From NCBI GenBank assembly GCA_000004695.1, contig CM000153.2, forward strand, positions 3,776,001-3,840,000: a DNA stretch of 64,000 nt. The letters run 5' to 3'. Numbering within the stretch: the stretch's first letter is position 1; every line of letters starts with the position of its first letter. Of this stretch, positions 32,445 to 45,924 are shown piece by piece. The notes under the pieces are model-generated. The model searched no databases and was not told the origin of the DNA. It saw only the letters and a program-made list of their open reading frames with translations. The translations under genes and the position numbers were made by a program. The DNA comes from Dictyostelium discoideum. Lineage: Eukaryota.

Positions 32445-33360
32445 TTATTTTGTTACAGAAGATGATGATGATGATTCTTTAATTGCAATACCATAAATAT
32501 GTTTAAATGGTTGTTTAATTTTAATTTGACTAATTGAAACTTTTTCCCATCCAGTCATATGTTTAATCTTTTCATCGGTGATACGATCTAATTCACAACC
32601 ATCACCAATTAATGACCAAAGTGGATTAATTAAATGTTCAAACCATCTATTTAGGAATTTATCAGAACAAACATGTTCAATGAATAAAAATTTGCCACCT
32701 GGTTTTAAGAGATTTTGAATATCAATCAATACTTTATCTTGGTCAGGTATTGAACATAGGACAAGGTTACAAATTATAGTATCAAAAGTACCATTCTCTA
32801 AATCACCATCATTATATGCTTGTTCTATAGTTTTTGGTAAGATTTTAATATCAAATTTATGTGATGCTTTATTAGCAGATTCAATTAATTCTTGTTGCAT
32901 AAATGGATTTGGTTCAATTGAAACAACTTGAGTAATTGGTGATCTCTTATTATCACTGCCCTGTTGAATATTATCATTATTTAAATATTTAAAAGTTGGA
33001 CCAACACCACTACCAACATCTAAGACTCTTCCATATGCTTCTGAAAATAATTCTTTTTTAAATCTACTTAATTTCTTATCAACTAATGGTCCTAAATATC
33101 CCCTAAAAAAAAAAAAAATAATAATAAATAATAAATTATTTATTTGTTTATTTAATTTGTTAGTATTTATAAATCTATATTTTAAAAATAAATTATATAA
33201 TATATTCATAGAAAAAAAAAACATACCAAAAATTATTAAAAAATCTTTGTTTTAGATGATATTTTGATCCATAGTAATCAATTAAATGGTATAATACAAT
33301 TGTTGAGACAACACCACCAGCTATTAGGGTTGGTGTTGATTGTTTTGATAATATATTCAT
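32445..33360 (-). CDS. Membrane-anchored class I SAM-dependent methyltransferase, METTL7/AAM-B-like. Exons 33360..33227 and 33102..32445.
   Basis: N-terminal hydrophobic anchor (TLIAGGVVSTIVLYHLIDYY). After the GTATGT...AG intron (phase 2, reconstituting a Trp): GYLGPLVDKK...GRVLDVGSGVGPTF (motif I)...LLKPGGKFLFIEHV (Methyltransf_11 type). Confidence 0.65.
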
Positions 33361-33646
33361 CTTTTATGTTTTTTTTTGTTTTTTTTTATTTTTATCAAAA
33401 AAGAAAAAAAAAAAAAAAAAAAAATTTTTTGATTAAATTGAATAATTAATTTTTTAATTTAAAAAAAATAAAAAAATAAAAATAAAAATAAAAAAATAAA
33501 AAAATAAAAATAAAAAAATAAAAAAATAAAAAAATTAGTTCAACTGTTTTTAAATCTATTTTTATTTATTTATTTTTAACTATAATAGATATTTATGAGA
33601 TATGTATATGTATATATATATATATTTTTATTATTATTATTATTTT

Positions 33647-34575
33647 TTATAATTCTTTGATTGCTATTCCTTGAATAAAATTAAATGGTAAAGGGGTAAA
33701 AATATTTGAAATTGTAACTTTTTCCCAACCTTTAATTGATTTAATTAATTTGTCAGTTTTTTTAGTTAGTTTACAATTATCGCCAATTAATGACCAAAAT
33801 GGATTAATTATATTTTGAAATATTCTCCAATGATATTTTTCAGATGCTATATGTTCAATAAATAATAATTTACCACCTGGCTTTAATAATCTAATTAGAT
33901 TATCTATAATTTCCTTTTCATCTTTTATTGAACATAAAACCAAACTACAAATAATAGTATCAAATGATAAATATTCAATATCTTTATCATTTATTGACAT
34001 TTCAATTGATTTCGAAAGTATTTTAATTCTATTTGAGTTTATATTATTATTATTATTAATATTATTATTATTATTTATTTCATCATTATCAATATCATTA
34101 TCATTATCATTTGAACCTTCTTTATCTTTTTTATTTTTATCATCAATTCTAACATATTTTAATGATTGTTTCTCTAATTCATTAAACATAAATGGATTTG
34201 GTTCAATTGATATTAATGTTGATATATTTTCAAAATTTAAATATTTAAAAGTTGAACCAGTTCCACTACCAATTTCTAATACTTTTCCATTTGCTTCTGA
34301 AAATAATTTTTCTTTTGTTGTTTTTAATTTATTTTCAATTATTGGTCCTAATATAAATCCCCTTTAAAAAAATTGTAATTTATTATTAATTTCAAATTTG
34401 GTTTTTTTTTTTTTTTTTTTTTTTTTTAAATAATTATTTAAACTTACCAAAATATATTGAAAAATCTTTGTTTAAAATGTAATTTCTTACCAAAATAATC
34501 TATTAAAATATATGAAACAACTGCTAAAATAATTCCTGACCCAATAGCCAATAATTGTGATGTATTATCCATCAT
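33647..34575 (-). CDS. Tandem paralogue of the METTL7-like methyltransferase. Exons 34575..34448 and 34361..33647. It carries an Asn/Asp-rich insertion of about 40 aa inside the catalytic domain.
   Basis: Same architecture and intron phase as the 32445..33360 gene: MMDNTSQLLAIGSGIILAVVSYILIDYFGKKLHFKQRFFNIFW|GFILGPIIENK...VLEIGSGTGSTFKYL...LLKPGGKLLFIEHI...GWEKVTISNI. The track ORF starts late only because no start codon precedes MFNELEKQ in that frame. Confidence 0.6.
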
Positions 34576-34827
34576 TTCTTTATAACTATAATAATTTTTT
34601 TTTTTTTTTTTTGTTAGTAATAATAAAAAATAAATATTAAAAAAAAATAAAAAATTTTAAGTAAAACTGGGAAAAAAAAAAAAAAAAGATTAACAAAATA
34701 ATAAAATAAAATAAAATAAAATAAATAAATCTCAAAAATGGAAATTGGATCTATTTACCAATTTTGTATATAAAAAAGAAAAAAGGAAATTTTATTTAAT
34801 AAGATTTCAAAAATAAAATGAATGTAA

Positions 34828-34885
34828 TTATTTGAAACAGTTGAACTTATTATTGTTTATATTATTATTATTATTATTATTATTA

Positions 34886-34917
<32 letters not shown>

Positions 34918-35034
34918 GGTGGTGGTGGTGGTATTGTTATTGTTGCTACTAAAATTGAAGTTATTGTTAAATCTATGGAAGCCACTATTATTGTTATTAC
35001 TAGTACTATTACTACCGCCAAAGTAGTTAAAATG

Positions 35035-35118
<84 letters not shown>

Positions 35119-36441
35119 TGTGGTAGTAGTAGTTGTAGTAGTTGTAGTTTGTTGATTTTGCTCTTGTTGTTGTTGCTGTTGTTTTTGTTTAAATAGCTGT
35201 TCAAAATATTCAGCTCTTGATGCAGCTAAAACAGCTTCTTCAATTTCTAATTCTGTCTCTTTCCAATCAGTTTCTAATAATGATTCATCATAAATTTGTT
35301 GATCTATTAGATCAAATTCTGAAGTTTTTATAGCAGTTTCCATTTGGGATTTGTCAGCAGCACCTGGATGAAAATCGGCAAAACCTAAACCAACACCAAC
35401 TGAAGGATTATTCAAATCATAAATACTATCATAATGATTTCCATGAAGGTAACTTAAACGAATTGGATAGTTTCCTTTATAAGAACCATGAAAAATGTTG
35501 ATAGGGTCAATTGTTTTACTATATACTTCAATTGGTCTATTGAAAAGTTCAGCCATAGCTTGCATTTCAGTGTTATTTCCAAATACTTTGTCGGTTCTTT
35601 TTCTTGCTATATAGTCTGCAAAGTCTTCTGTAATAAATTGAGAAAAGTGATCACGTTCCGCCTCCATATAGTCCATACATTTCTCTCTTACAGTATTGTG
35701 CATCTCTTGGTCACCATAAATTTGATCGGCTACTGACCTAAACAAACAATTTCCATCTTGTTTCATCTTTCTGACAATAAATCCTTTACTCTTTTTTAAA
35801 TTCTCTTCAAATGTTTTTTCATCATTAAATGGTATATTATTATTAATATTAATATTACCATTACCGCCACCACCACTATTACTTATTCCACCACTATTTA
35901 AATTCGTAGAATCTCTTTTCTTTGTATGGTGTCTATAGCTATTAGATTCATATTCATCTGCACTATTCTCTTCATCTGAATGGTTGTTACGATGATTTCT
36001 TATTTCTCTGTTATTCTTATTATTATTATTGTTGTTGTTGTTGTTGTTGTTGTTTGATATATAAGTTGAAGAGTTTGGTGATGAGGATTTCTTTTTCTTG
36101 GTATTATTACTATTATTTATATTATTTACATTATTATTTCCGTTGCTGTTGTTTATATTATTATTTACATTGTTTATATTATTATTTACATTGTTTGAGG
36201 TTGTTGTTGTTGTGGTTGTAGTTGTTGTATTTATTAAATTATCATTGTTACGAATAATATTGTTGTTACTATTATTATGCGTTGGGTTATGGTTATTGTT
36301 ATTATTATTATGGCTACTATTATTATTATTATTATTATTATTTATATTATTATTTATATTATTATTATTTATATTATTATTATTGTTATTATTATTATTA
36401 TTATTATTACCGTTAACTTTACGTTGTACAACAATTCTCAT
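34828..36441 (-). CDS. OTU-domain deubiquitinase, OTUD5/DUBA-like, in a single exon. The catalytic core is flanked by very long Asn/Thr-rich low-complexity arms.
   Basis: DGNCLFRSVADQIYGDQEMHNTVREKCMDYM...NNTEMQAMAELFNRPIEVYS...IRLSYLHGNHYDSIY matches the OTUD5 catalytic Cys and His boxes ([20 protein letters not shown]...HIEMQAMAEMYNRPVEVY...HYNSV). Confidence 0.75.
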
Positions 36442-36937
36442 TTTGTTTTATTTATTTAGTTATGCGTTTATATATACTTCTACATGTGTGGTTAAATGAT
36501 TTAATAAAAAAAAAAAAAAAAATTAAAAAATAAGAGAATAAAAAAAAAATAAAAAAATAAAAATTAAAATTAAAAAAAAAAATAAATAAAAAAATAAAAA
36601 AAAAAACTATTTTTTAATTTTATTTTTAAACTTTATTAAAATTTCAAAGAATTTCACAAAATGAATAAATAAAAATAAAAATAAAAATAATTTTAAAACA
36701 AAAAAGATATTAGCATAATTCTAATACAAACAATTTAAATTAAAAGGTGTTTTATTATTATTATTTATTTTTTTAGGTTTATCATTTCCTTTTGAACATA
36801 TTTATATTAATATAATAAATTTTTTATTTTTTTAATTTATTTTTTTTTTCAATTTTTTTTTTTTTTTTTTATTTTCAATTTTTTTTTATTTTTTTTTTTT
36901 TTTTATTTTTTTTATAAATATTAAAAAAATAAATAAA

Positions 36938-37739
<802 letters not shown>

Positions 37740-37948
37740 TTTTAAAAATGGAATAATAATAATAATAATAATAAAGTATTTTTATAATTGTCATCAACAT
37801 CAATTAAAATAATAGTAATATAAAAATAAAAATGTTTCAACGAAAATTATAAAAATAAAAATGTTTCAACAAAAAAAAAATTAAGTAGATATTTTTTTAA
37901 TCGCCCCTTTTTTTTTTTTTTTTTCAACCATCCAATTTAATTATCTTA

Positions 37949-37960
37949 AAAAAAAAAAAG

Positions 37961-38022
<62 letters not shown>
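37949..38022. repeat. Near-perfect poly(A) homopolymer of about 73 nt (a single G at 37960), in the 3' flank of the Siw14-like phosphatase gene.
   Basis: Direct reading. Similar runs of 40-60 nt A or T occur at 2061-2111, 2591-2640, 27721-27750 and 37971-38022. Confidence 0.8.
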
Positions 38023-38024
<2 letters not shown>

Positions 38025-38643
38025 ATTGTTCAAATTGGTTATAATAATTTAATTTTCATTTTACATTTTTAAATCATATCAACACCACCATTTATTATTT
38101 ATTATTTATTTAATTTTTTTTTTTTATATATTTATTTATTTATTTATTTTAATTTTTTTTTTTATAAAAATAATTTTTTATTTTTATTTTTATTTTTTTT
38201 TTAACCCACTATTCATTATACACAACATCATTATACAAAGAAGTGGAATTTTTTTTTTTATATAAAAAAAAAAAAGACTATGCAACATTAACAATTAAAA
38301 AAACCAAATAAATAAAATATATAAAATATATAAAATATAAAATATATATATATTTATATATTTTTTTTTTTTGTAATATTTAAATTCACCAACCCCACTT
38401 TCTCTGTATATATTTAATAATCATCATCAAATTGGAAAATTATTTAAATTTTAAAGGTTTATGCATATTAACACACGCACAATAAATTGTAAGTTTCAAC
38501 TAAAAAGTAAATTAAAAACAATATTTTAGGATTTTAATTGTTTGGTTATTAAAATTATTATTCCACTAATACTAATTGAATTTTTATCATCACCCAATCA
38601 TTTAAATATATTAAAATCAACACATAATAATACTCCATATACC

Positions 38644-38685
<42 letters not shown>

Positions 38686-38891
38686 ACATTTGTTATGACA
38701 TTATAAAATTAAAATTTAATTATCCTTTTTTTTTTTTTTTGTTCTTTTATTTTTTATTTTTTTTTTTTTATCACATTACGTAATATATTTTATTTTTTTA
38801 AAAAAACAAAATAGTAAATAATTTTAATTATAAAATTTTATAGGATAATAATAATAAAAGTAAAATAATAAATCAATTTATAATTGTTCAA

Positions 38892-38926
<35 letters not shown>

Positions 38927-38963
38927 TAAATCCACTAAAAAAAAAAAAAGAAAAAAAAAAAAA

Positions 38964-41900
38964 ATGATTGTCAACAGTGCTGGTGAAGCACCCAAAAATC
39001 CAAAATGTGTTGCATGTGGCGAATTTTGTGAAGGTAAAACATATGAAGCATTTGGAAATTCATATCATCCACAATGTTTCCTTTGTTCAGGTTGCAAAAG
39101 ATCTTTTCCATCTGGTAAATTTTTGTCAATTAATAGAAAACCATATTGGTAAGTCTTTTAAGATTTATAATTTAAAATCATATTTTTTAAATTTCTAATT
39201 TCCCAATTTTCTTTTAAAAAGTGATTCATGTGGTAAACAGGCATTTATTCAATCACAATTAAAAGGTTATTCACCACTTGCAAAAGGAACAAATAATAGT
39301 AATATTAGTGGAAATAAAACAAATTCAACTACACAAAATAAATCATCACCAATTGTAATTCCAAAAAATCAATTAAATAATAGTGGTTCATTTAAAAATA
39401 ATAATATTAATAATAATAATAATAATGAAAATGAAAAGAAATATTCAAAAACATCAGATGAACAAGAAAGAATTATTAAAGATGAATTAGATAAAGTTTC
39501 AAAGAAATTTTCAACATCTGGTGGATCATCTTTTAGTAGTGATCCATCACCACCTATTTCATCTTCATCATCATCATCATCATCATATTTGTCATCTTCT
39601 ACATCATCATTATCTTCAATGATGTCTGATTATTCACCATCATCTTCACCTTCTCCTTCACCTTCTTCAAATTCAGTTCAAAGATTATCAAAAAGATTTG
39701 AACAAAACTTTGAAATTGATTCACAAAACAACAATGATAATTCTGAAACATCGCCACAAGTTTTAAAGGTAAGTGGAAATAAATTATTTAATAATATTAA
39801 ATTGGAATTACAATCAAGAGAAAAGAGAGAAAAAGAAGAACAATTGAAAAGAGATCAAGAAAAATTAGAACGTGAAAAAAAGAGAGAATATCATCAACAA
39901 CAACCACAACAAACTCAAATTCAAATTCATCAACAAAAAATGTTGGAAAAGGAAAGATTGGCTCAAGAAGAAAAAGAAAGACTATTGGTAGAGGAACGTG
40001 AAAGATTGAATGCAACAAGAGTTGAAAGAGAAAAACAAGAAAAGGAAAGATTAGATAGAGAGCGTAAAGAAAGAGAACAAGCTAGATTAGAAAAAGAAAG
40101 ATTAGAATCTGAAAGATTGGAAAAAGAACGTCAGGCAAGAGTAGAGAGAGAAAGAAAAGAATTTGAAAGAATAGAAAAAGAGAAAAGAGATAGAGAACAA
40201 ACCAGATTGGAAAATGAAAGATTGGAAAATGAAAGATTGAAAAAAGAAAAATTGGAAAAAGAAAGATTGGAAAATGAAAGATTTGAAAAAGAACGTCAAG
40301 AGAGAATTGAAAATGAAAGATTGGAAAATGAAAGATTTGAGAGAGAAAGAAAAGAGCGTTTGGAAAAAGAAAAAATTGAAAAGGAAGAAAGAGAAAATCA
40401 ACTTCGTTTAGCAAAAGAAAAAGAAGAAAAAGAAGAAAAAGAACGTCAAGAAAGACAACTTAAGGAACGTTTAGAACGTAAAGAGAAATTAGAAAAAGAA
40501 AGAAAAGAAAGGGAAGAAAAAGAAGAAAAAGATCGTCAAGAAAGATTACAACTCAAGGAACGTTTAGATCGTGAACGTAAAGAAAGACTTGAAAAAGAAA
40601 GAAAAGAGAGAGAAGAGAAAGATGAAAAAGATCGTCAAGAGAGATTACAAATTAAAGAACGTTTAGAACGTGAACGTAAAGAAAGACTTGAAAAAGAGAG
40701 ATTGGAATATGAAAGATTAGAAACGCTACGTAAAGAAAAGGAAAAAGAACGTAAAGAGAAATTTGAAACTGCTCGTTTAGAACGTGAAAAATTAGAATTG
40801 GAATTAAAAGAAAAAGATGAAAAGAAACGTGAAGAGAAAAGATTGGCCAAAATTATTGAAGAGAATAGAAAGAAAGAAAAAGCATTGGTTGATAAAAAAT
40901 TAGAAGAACAAGAAAGACTCTCTCACGAATTAAAAATTCAAAAAGAAAAAGAAATATTGAAAATGGAAAAACTTGATCTTCAATGTGAAAAGAAAAAATT
41001 AGATAAAGAAAAGAAAGAATTACAAATTGAAAAAGAATTATCTCAAAAACAATTACAATTTATAGAACTAAAACAACAAGAAATTAATCAACAACAACAA
41101 GAAATTAATCATCAACAACAACAACAACAACAAACTCAACAACAAATTCCTCTTCTTACTAAACAACCAACAGTTGAGGAGATTGAATATGAAAGAGTTC
41201 AAGAAGAAATTAAACAAAAGAAATTAGAAAGAGAACAAAGATTAAAACAACAACTTGAGGAAGAAGAAAAGGAAAGACTAAAAAGACAAGAGGAAAGACA
41301 AAAGAGAAAAGAACAAAGAGATAAAGAATTAAAAGAAGAAGAACTTCGTATTGAAGCAGAAAGAGAAACTAGAAAAAAATTAAAAGAAGAACGTGAATTA
41401 CAATTTAAAAAAGAACAAGTACAACTTTTATTAGAAAGAGATAAAAGAGTAAAAGAGAAACAATTAAAGGATCAAAAATATACATATAAAATTAATGATA
41501 CTGAACTTGAACATATTGTTGAAGATAAAGATTTAACTAAAGAATTTGAAGATAAATTAAGAGAACATCAATTAAAGAAATCTACTTCTTTTGAAAATAA
41601 TACACTTTCTGTAAATTTACATGTTGTTGACCCTGATGAAGATGAAAATAATATTTTACAATTAAAGAAACTAAGAGAATTGGAAATTCAAAGAGAAATT
41701 GAATTAGAGAATCAACAACAACAACAATCAAATTGTATTCTTTTAAATAATTATTCAGATTCACCAAGAATATCATCAACATCATCAAATTCTACAAATT
41801 CAAATCAAAATTCACCATTATTAGCTGCTAATACAAATAGTAATAATAGTAGTACATCAACTAGTTTCTCAGTTTCATCATTTTCTCCACCATTATTTGA

Positions 41901-42222
41901 ACAAACAATGACAACTAAATCAACAATTAGTAGCCTTGAAGAATATAAAAAGAAACGTGAAGAAAGAAAAAGACTGCAAGAGGAAGCAGAGAAATTAGAA
42001 GAAGAATTAAAAAAGAAAAAGATTCAAGAAAGAGAAAAACAAAGATTAGAAAGAAAATTGCAAGAAGAGGAAGAAGAAAAAAGAGAAGAAGAAAGTAGAA
42101 GAAAAAGAACTGAAGAAAGACAAAGAGAACGTGAAAAATTAAAAAAAGAATTGGAATTAGAAGAAGAAAGAATTAAAAGAGAAAGAGAACAAAGATTAAA
42201 TAATTTAAAAAGATTTAATTAA
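38964..42222 (+). CDS. LIM-domain protein followed by an E/R/K-rich coiled-coil or single alpha-helix domain of about 700 residues (trichohyalin-like). Exons 38964..39148 and 39222..42222.
   Basis: Exon 1 encodes [34 protein letters not shown]...PYW, and exon 2 continues with CDSCGK. Together they give the LIM consensus CX2CX17HX2CX2CX2CX19CX2C across a GTAAGT...AAAAAG intron (phase 2). Then a Ser-rich linker, then hundreds of residues of [17 protein letters not shown] repeats. Confidence 0.65.
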
Positions 42223-42292
42223 AAATACAAAATACAAAATAAAAAAAAGATTTATTTATATTAAAATATCTTTATTTAATTATTCTTTATTT

Positions 42293-45200
42293 TTAGTTGA
42301 GATATTTACTTGTAAAAATATGGAAAATATCTAATCTACTTAATTTATATTTTAATCTTTCAATTATTGTTACAACTTTTGGTTCTGGAATATTTAATTT
42401 AATATTTTCAACAACAACATATGATTCGAATGATGAAATATCAATTAATGTTTCACCATTTTCATTTTTTTCAAATAATAAGTAATTCCTAAAATTTACA
42501 TTTGGATTTTGATGTTGTTTAACAATTTTAATGATTTGTTTTGGCATTGTTATAGAATTAAATTTTAAAAAGTTTTCATTAATAAATTTGAATAAACTAA
42601 ATTTTTGTAATCTAACAGATTCAATCAACATGCTTAAAAGGTCATCATATATTGTTGACATAGTACAACCACCACTCCAAACACTCCAATCAAATAATAA
42701 TTGAATAATATCCTTTGATAAATAATTATGATTGAGTGATAATTGAGAGAAAACACTTGAAAATCCATTCACAAATAATTTTAATTGAAGATTTTTGAAA
42801 AGATAATTTAAAACATGGTAATGATTACTTTTTGCACAATGAATTACAAAGTTATTAAATTCTTCATTGGTTAAATCAGAAGTGTGGTTTTTTTTAAATA
42901 CTTTTGATTTATAAAATATATCAAGTAATTGATAAAGGAAATCCATTTGATTAAAATCAATTGCTTCGCCAAGTAATTTTGTATGTCTTAGTAATACTTG
43001 TTTGCCATATTCAATATTTTCATCTACACCACCACCACCAGTACTATAATCAAGTAGGAAATTAATAATTTTATCTAATTTATTTTGTCTAAACATTTGA
43101 ACTGTATTTAATTTATTATAATTTTCAAGTACTAAATTATAATTATGGTAACCATTTTCTAAACTATCAACATCACCAAAAACACCACTTTCAAATGCCA
43201 AACTATTCTCTTTTAAAATATCCATTATAATTTTATTATTCTTTGCTGCGAAATTAATTAGATCTAAATATTTTGTAGTTTGTTCACCTGTTGATTCATC
43301 AATAATTGGTACATTCATTACTAGGAATCTGAAAATATCAGGATTTTCAATATGTTGTGCAGAAACATATAAATCTTGAGCTCTAAATGGAGTTTTATTT
43401 TCAACTAGTATCATTATAGCAGTTAGATCATTTAATTCTACGGCTCTTGAAAATGAAAATTCATCAGCAGTCACTTGATGTTTACATAAAAGGCTCATAA
43501 TATTATGATGTTTACCATTTATTGCAGCCAAGAAAAGTAACTGTTGAGTTGTAAAGTAATGGGAATTCAATAAACAAAACTCTGTTAACAAATGATTTCC
43601 AGATGAAACTGCTCTATAGGGAATTGAAGTTTTAGGATCAGTTTTATTTGCAATATTATTTGAAGTTATTTTTGGTTTTAAAAATTCCAATAATTGAAAT
43701 GAAGTTTCTTCTAAATCTTCATGTGATAACCAACAAAACAATAATGAAGTTTGAAATTTAACCAAGAATGAATCATTCTTTGTTAAAGAAAGAAATTCAT
43801 TTAAATAATTTTTTTTAAAATCTAATGTATCTAAACTATTGCCACCACCACCACCATTTAAATATTTAAACATCTTAAAATCAGTTGGTAAAGTAAATAA
43901 ACTTGCATATTCTTTAATATAACTTTCATCCTTTACTGTTTTACTAATTGCTGCTATTTCTTTCAATGGTTCAATATTAGCAGTCTCTAAAGATGATATA
44001 AAGATCTCTTTAAATGCAATATATTTTAAAGTTACTTTTTCCACTTTTTTAAATTTATTAATTATTGAATTTGCTTCTGATAAAATTGATAAATCATTCT
44101 TTAATATTAAAAATTTATTAACTGTAATATCAATCTTTGCTTGTTGAAATAAAAATATTAATGGATAGAAGAAACTATACATATAAATTGTTATAATTCT
44201 ATTCATCACTCTATTTTCAATTTTGATATTATTAAAATTAATAATTTTATAATTATCATCATTATTAATATTAATAATTAAAAATTCTTGATTATTAAAA
44301 TCATTAGTATTATTATTATTATTTCCATCATTCTCTTCATTTATACTATTTTCAACATTATTTACATTATTATTAGTTTTATCTTTATCATTATTATTAT
44401 TATTATTATTTTTAATATTAATATTATTATTGTTTCTATGATTTTTTGCAATAAAAGATGCTCTTGTTGACATATCATAAGTACACCAAGTTTTAGGTTC
44501 AGACCCATTAATTTCAAGAGGTTGATCCTTTTTTAAAAAATCAATTTTAACAGTATGTGTTGTTTTTAATAAATTTTCAATTATTAAAGGATCATTAATT
44601 GAATTGACAAGTGATGATATAAATTGTAATGAATGATGTAATGGTTCACAATTTTCAATATATTTATTCTCTAAACAATAATAATTTTCATATATATATG
44701 TAAACTTTTGTAAATAATCAAATGCAATCGATGGATTGATATCATTTGAAAAGAAACTAAAAGAATTTACCAATTCTATAAAATCATTTTTATCATATTT
44801 TATTAAATTATTCTCTAAAAAGAAGGTTAATTGTTTAAAATTTGTCATATTGAATGCATCTAAAAATTTAACTAAACAAGTTGGATAATATTCTAATGAT
44901 ATATTTTCAATACTAAATGGTAGTCTATTATTTTGAAAAAATAAATATTGAATTGTAGTTTTAATTTGATTAAATGGTGCTTTAAAACAATTTGATAATA
45001 AATCTTTCTCTGTAAAATGTAATTCAATCAACGACTTCTTTTCAATACTAATTTTAGTTGGTTCAATATCACCATTACCATTACTACTGCTACTATTACT
45101 ATAATCATAAACTGATTTAATTTCATTATTAGTTTCAGAAACTAATTGTTTTACAGATGATTTTGATAATGGGAATCTATCAGGATCAATTTCTTTTTTT

Positions 45201-45817
45201 GAATCAATTTCATCAAGTTGTTTTTGTTTTTCTTCCAAGAATTGAAGTAAGAAATCAATTGTTTCAGTTTTACCAGATCTAATTGCCAAATCTATCATTT
45301 TAATCTTAAATATTTTTTCATTTATATCTGAAGTTGTACCATTGATTTTAAATTTACTATTATTGATTTTATTTATTAATGCTGAATTGCTAATATTATG
45401 TAATTCATATAACTCTTTATCTTTTAATAATACTTTTAATGCACCAGTATTTCCATATCTAATTGATGTTGCAATTAATGAATCTGAGAAATTTTTAAAC
45501 TCATCACGATATCTATTATAGAGTAAATCAAATGTACATTCATCAATAACTTTTAATAATATTGAATAATTGAATGAATCTGAATCAAATGAAAGATATT
45601 CATTGTTTTCTAATTTACTTTTTAATAATCCTAAATGGTTATGATTTACAATCCATACAACTTGATGAATATCTTTATATTTCCTTGAAAATGTTAATTT
45701 ACTATCACCTTCAACAAGATTTTTTTTATTTTCTATAATTTGTTTAACAAATTTCCATATTATAGATCTAATAAATTTATTTCTATATATTGTAAAAAAT
45801 AATTTTGAATTATCCAT
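42293..45817 (-). CDS. Large hypothetical protein of 1174 aa with several ankyrin-like repeats, in a single exon.
   Basis: Uninterrupted ORF. ANK-like segments: LAIRSGKTETIDFLL, LAAINGKHHNIMSLLCKHQV, VIHCAKSNHYHVLNYLFKN, INFAAKNNKIIMDIL. Internal Asn-rich block. No closer homology recognised. Confidence 0.45.
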   Translation of the reverse strand: MDNSKLFFTIYRNKFIRSIIWKFVKQIIENKKNLVEGDSKLTFSRKYKDIHQVVWIVNHNHLGLLKSKLENNEYLSFDSDSFNYSILLKVIDECTFDLLYNRYRDEFKNFSDSLIATSIRYGNTGALKVLLKDKELYELHNISNSALINKINNSKFKINGTTSDINEKIFKIKMIDLAIRSGKTETIDFLLQFLEEKQKQLDEIDSKKEIDPDRFPLSKSSVKQLVSETNNEIKSVYDYSNSSSSNGNGDIEPTKISIEKKSLIELHFTEKDLLSNCFKAPFNQIKTTIQYLFFQNNRLPFSIENISLEYYPTCLVKFLDAFNMTNFKQLTFFLENNLIKYDKNDFIELVNSFSFFSNDINPSIAFDYLQKFTYIYENYYCLENKYIENCEPLHHSLQFISSLVNSINDPLIIENLLKTTHTVKIDFLKKDQPLEINGSEPKTWCTYDMSTRASFIAKNHRNNNNINIKNNNNNNNDKDKTNNNVNNVENSINEENDGNNNNNTNDFNNQEFLIININNDDNYKIINFNNIKIENRVMNRIITIYMYSFFYPLIFLFQQAKIDITVNKFLILKNDLSILSEANSIINKFKKVEKVTLKYIAFKEIFISSLETANIEPLKEIAAISKTVKDESYIKEYASLFTLPTDFKMFKYLNGGGGGNSLDTLDFKKNYLNEFLSLTKNDSFLVKFQTSLLFCWLSHEDLEETSFQLLEFLKPKITSNNIANKTDPKTSIPYRAVSSGNHLLTEFCLLNSHYFTTQQLLFLAAINGKHHNIMSLLCKHQVTADEFSFSRAVELNDLTAIMILVENKTPFRAQDLYVSAQHIENPDIFRFLVMNVPIIDESTGEQTTKYLDLINFAAKNNKIIMDILKENSLAFESGVFGDVDSLENGYHNYNLVLENYNKLNTVQMFRQNKLDKIINFLLDYSTGGGGVDENIEYGKQVLLRHTKLLGEAIDFNQMDFLYQLLDIFYKSKVFKKNHTSDLTNEEFNNFVIHCAKSNHYHVLNYLFKNLQLKLFVNGFSSVFSQLSLNHNYLSKDIIQLLFDWSVWSGGCTMSTIYDDLLSMLIESVRLQKFSLFKFINENFLKFNSITMPKQIIKIVKQHQNPNVNFRNYLLFEKNENGETLIDISSFESYVVVENIKLNIPEPKVVTIIERLKYKLSRLDIFHIFTSKYLN

Positions 45818-45892
45818 TTTTTTTAAATATCTATACTCATAATTATTTATTTTGTTTGAGTGGTGTTTGATTAAAATTGGAAAAAAAAAAAC

Positions 45893-45924
<32 letters not shown>

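Noticed and set aside
39797-40850. Minus-strand Phe/Leu/Ser-rich ORFs 39797..40018, 40082..40414, 40102..40401 and 40635..40850.
   Set aside because: They are antisense of the GAA/AGA-rich E/R/K repeat coding sequence of the LIM gene.
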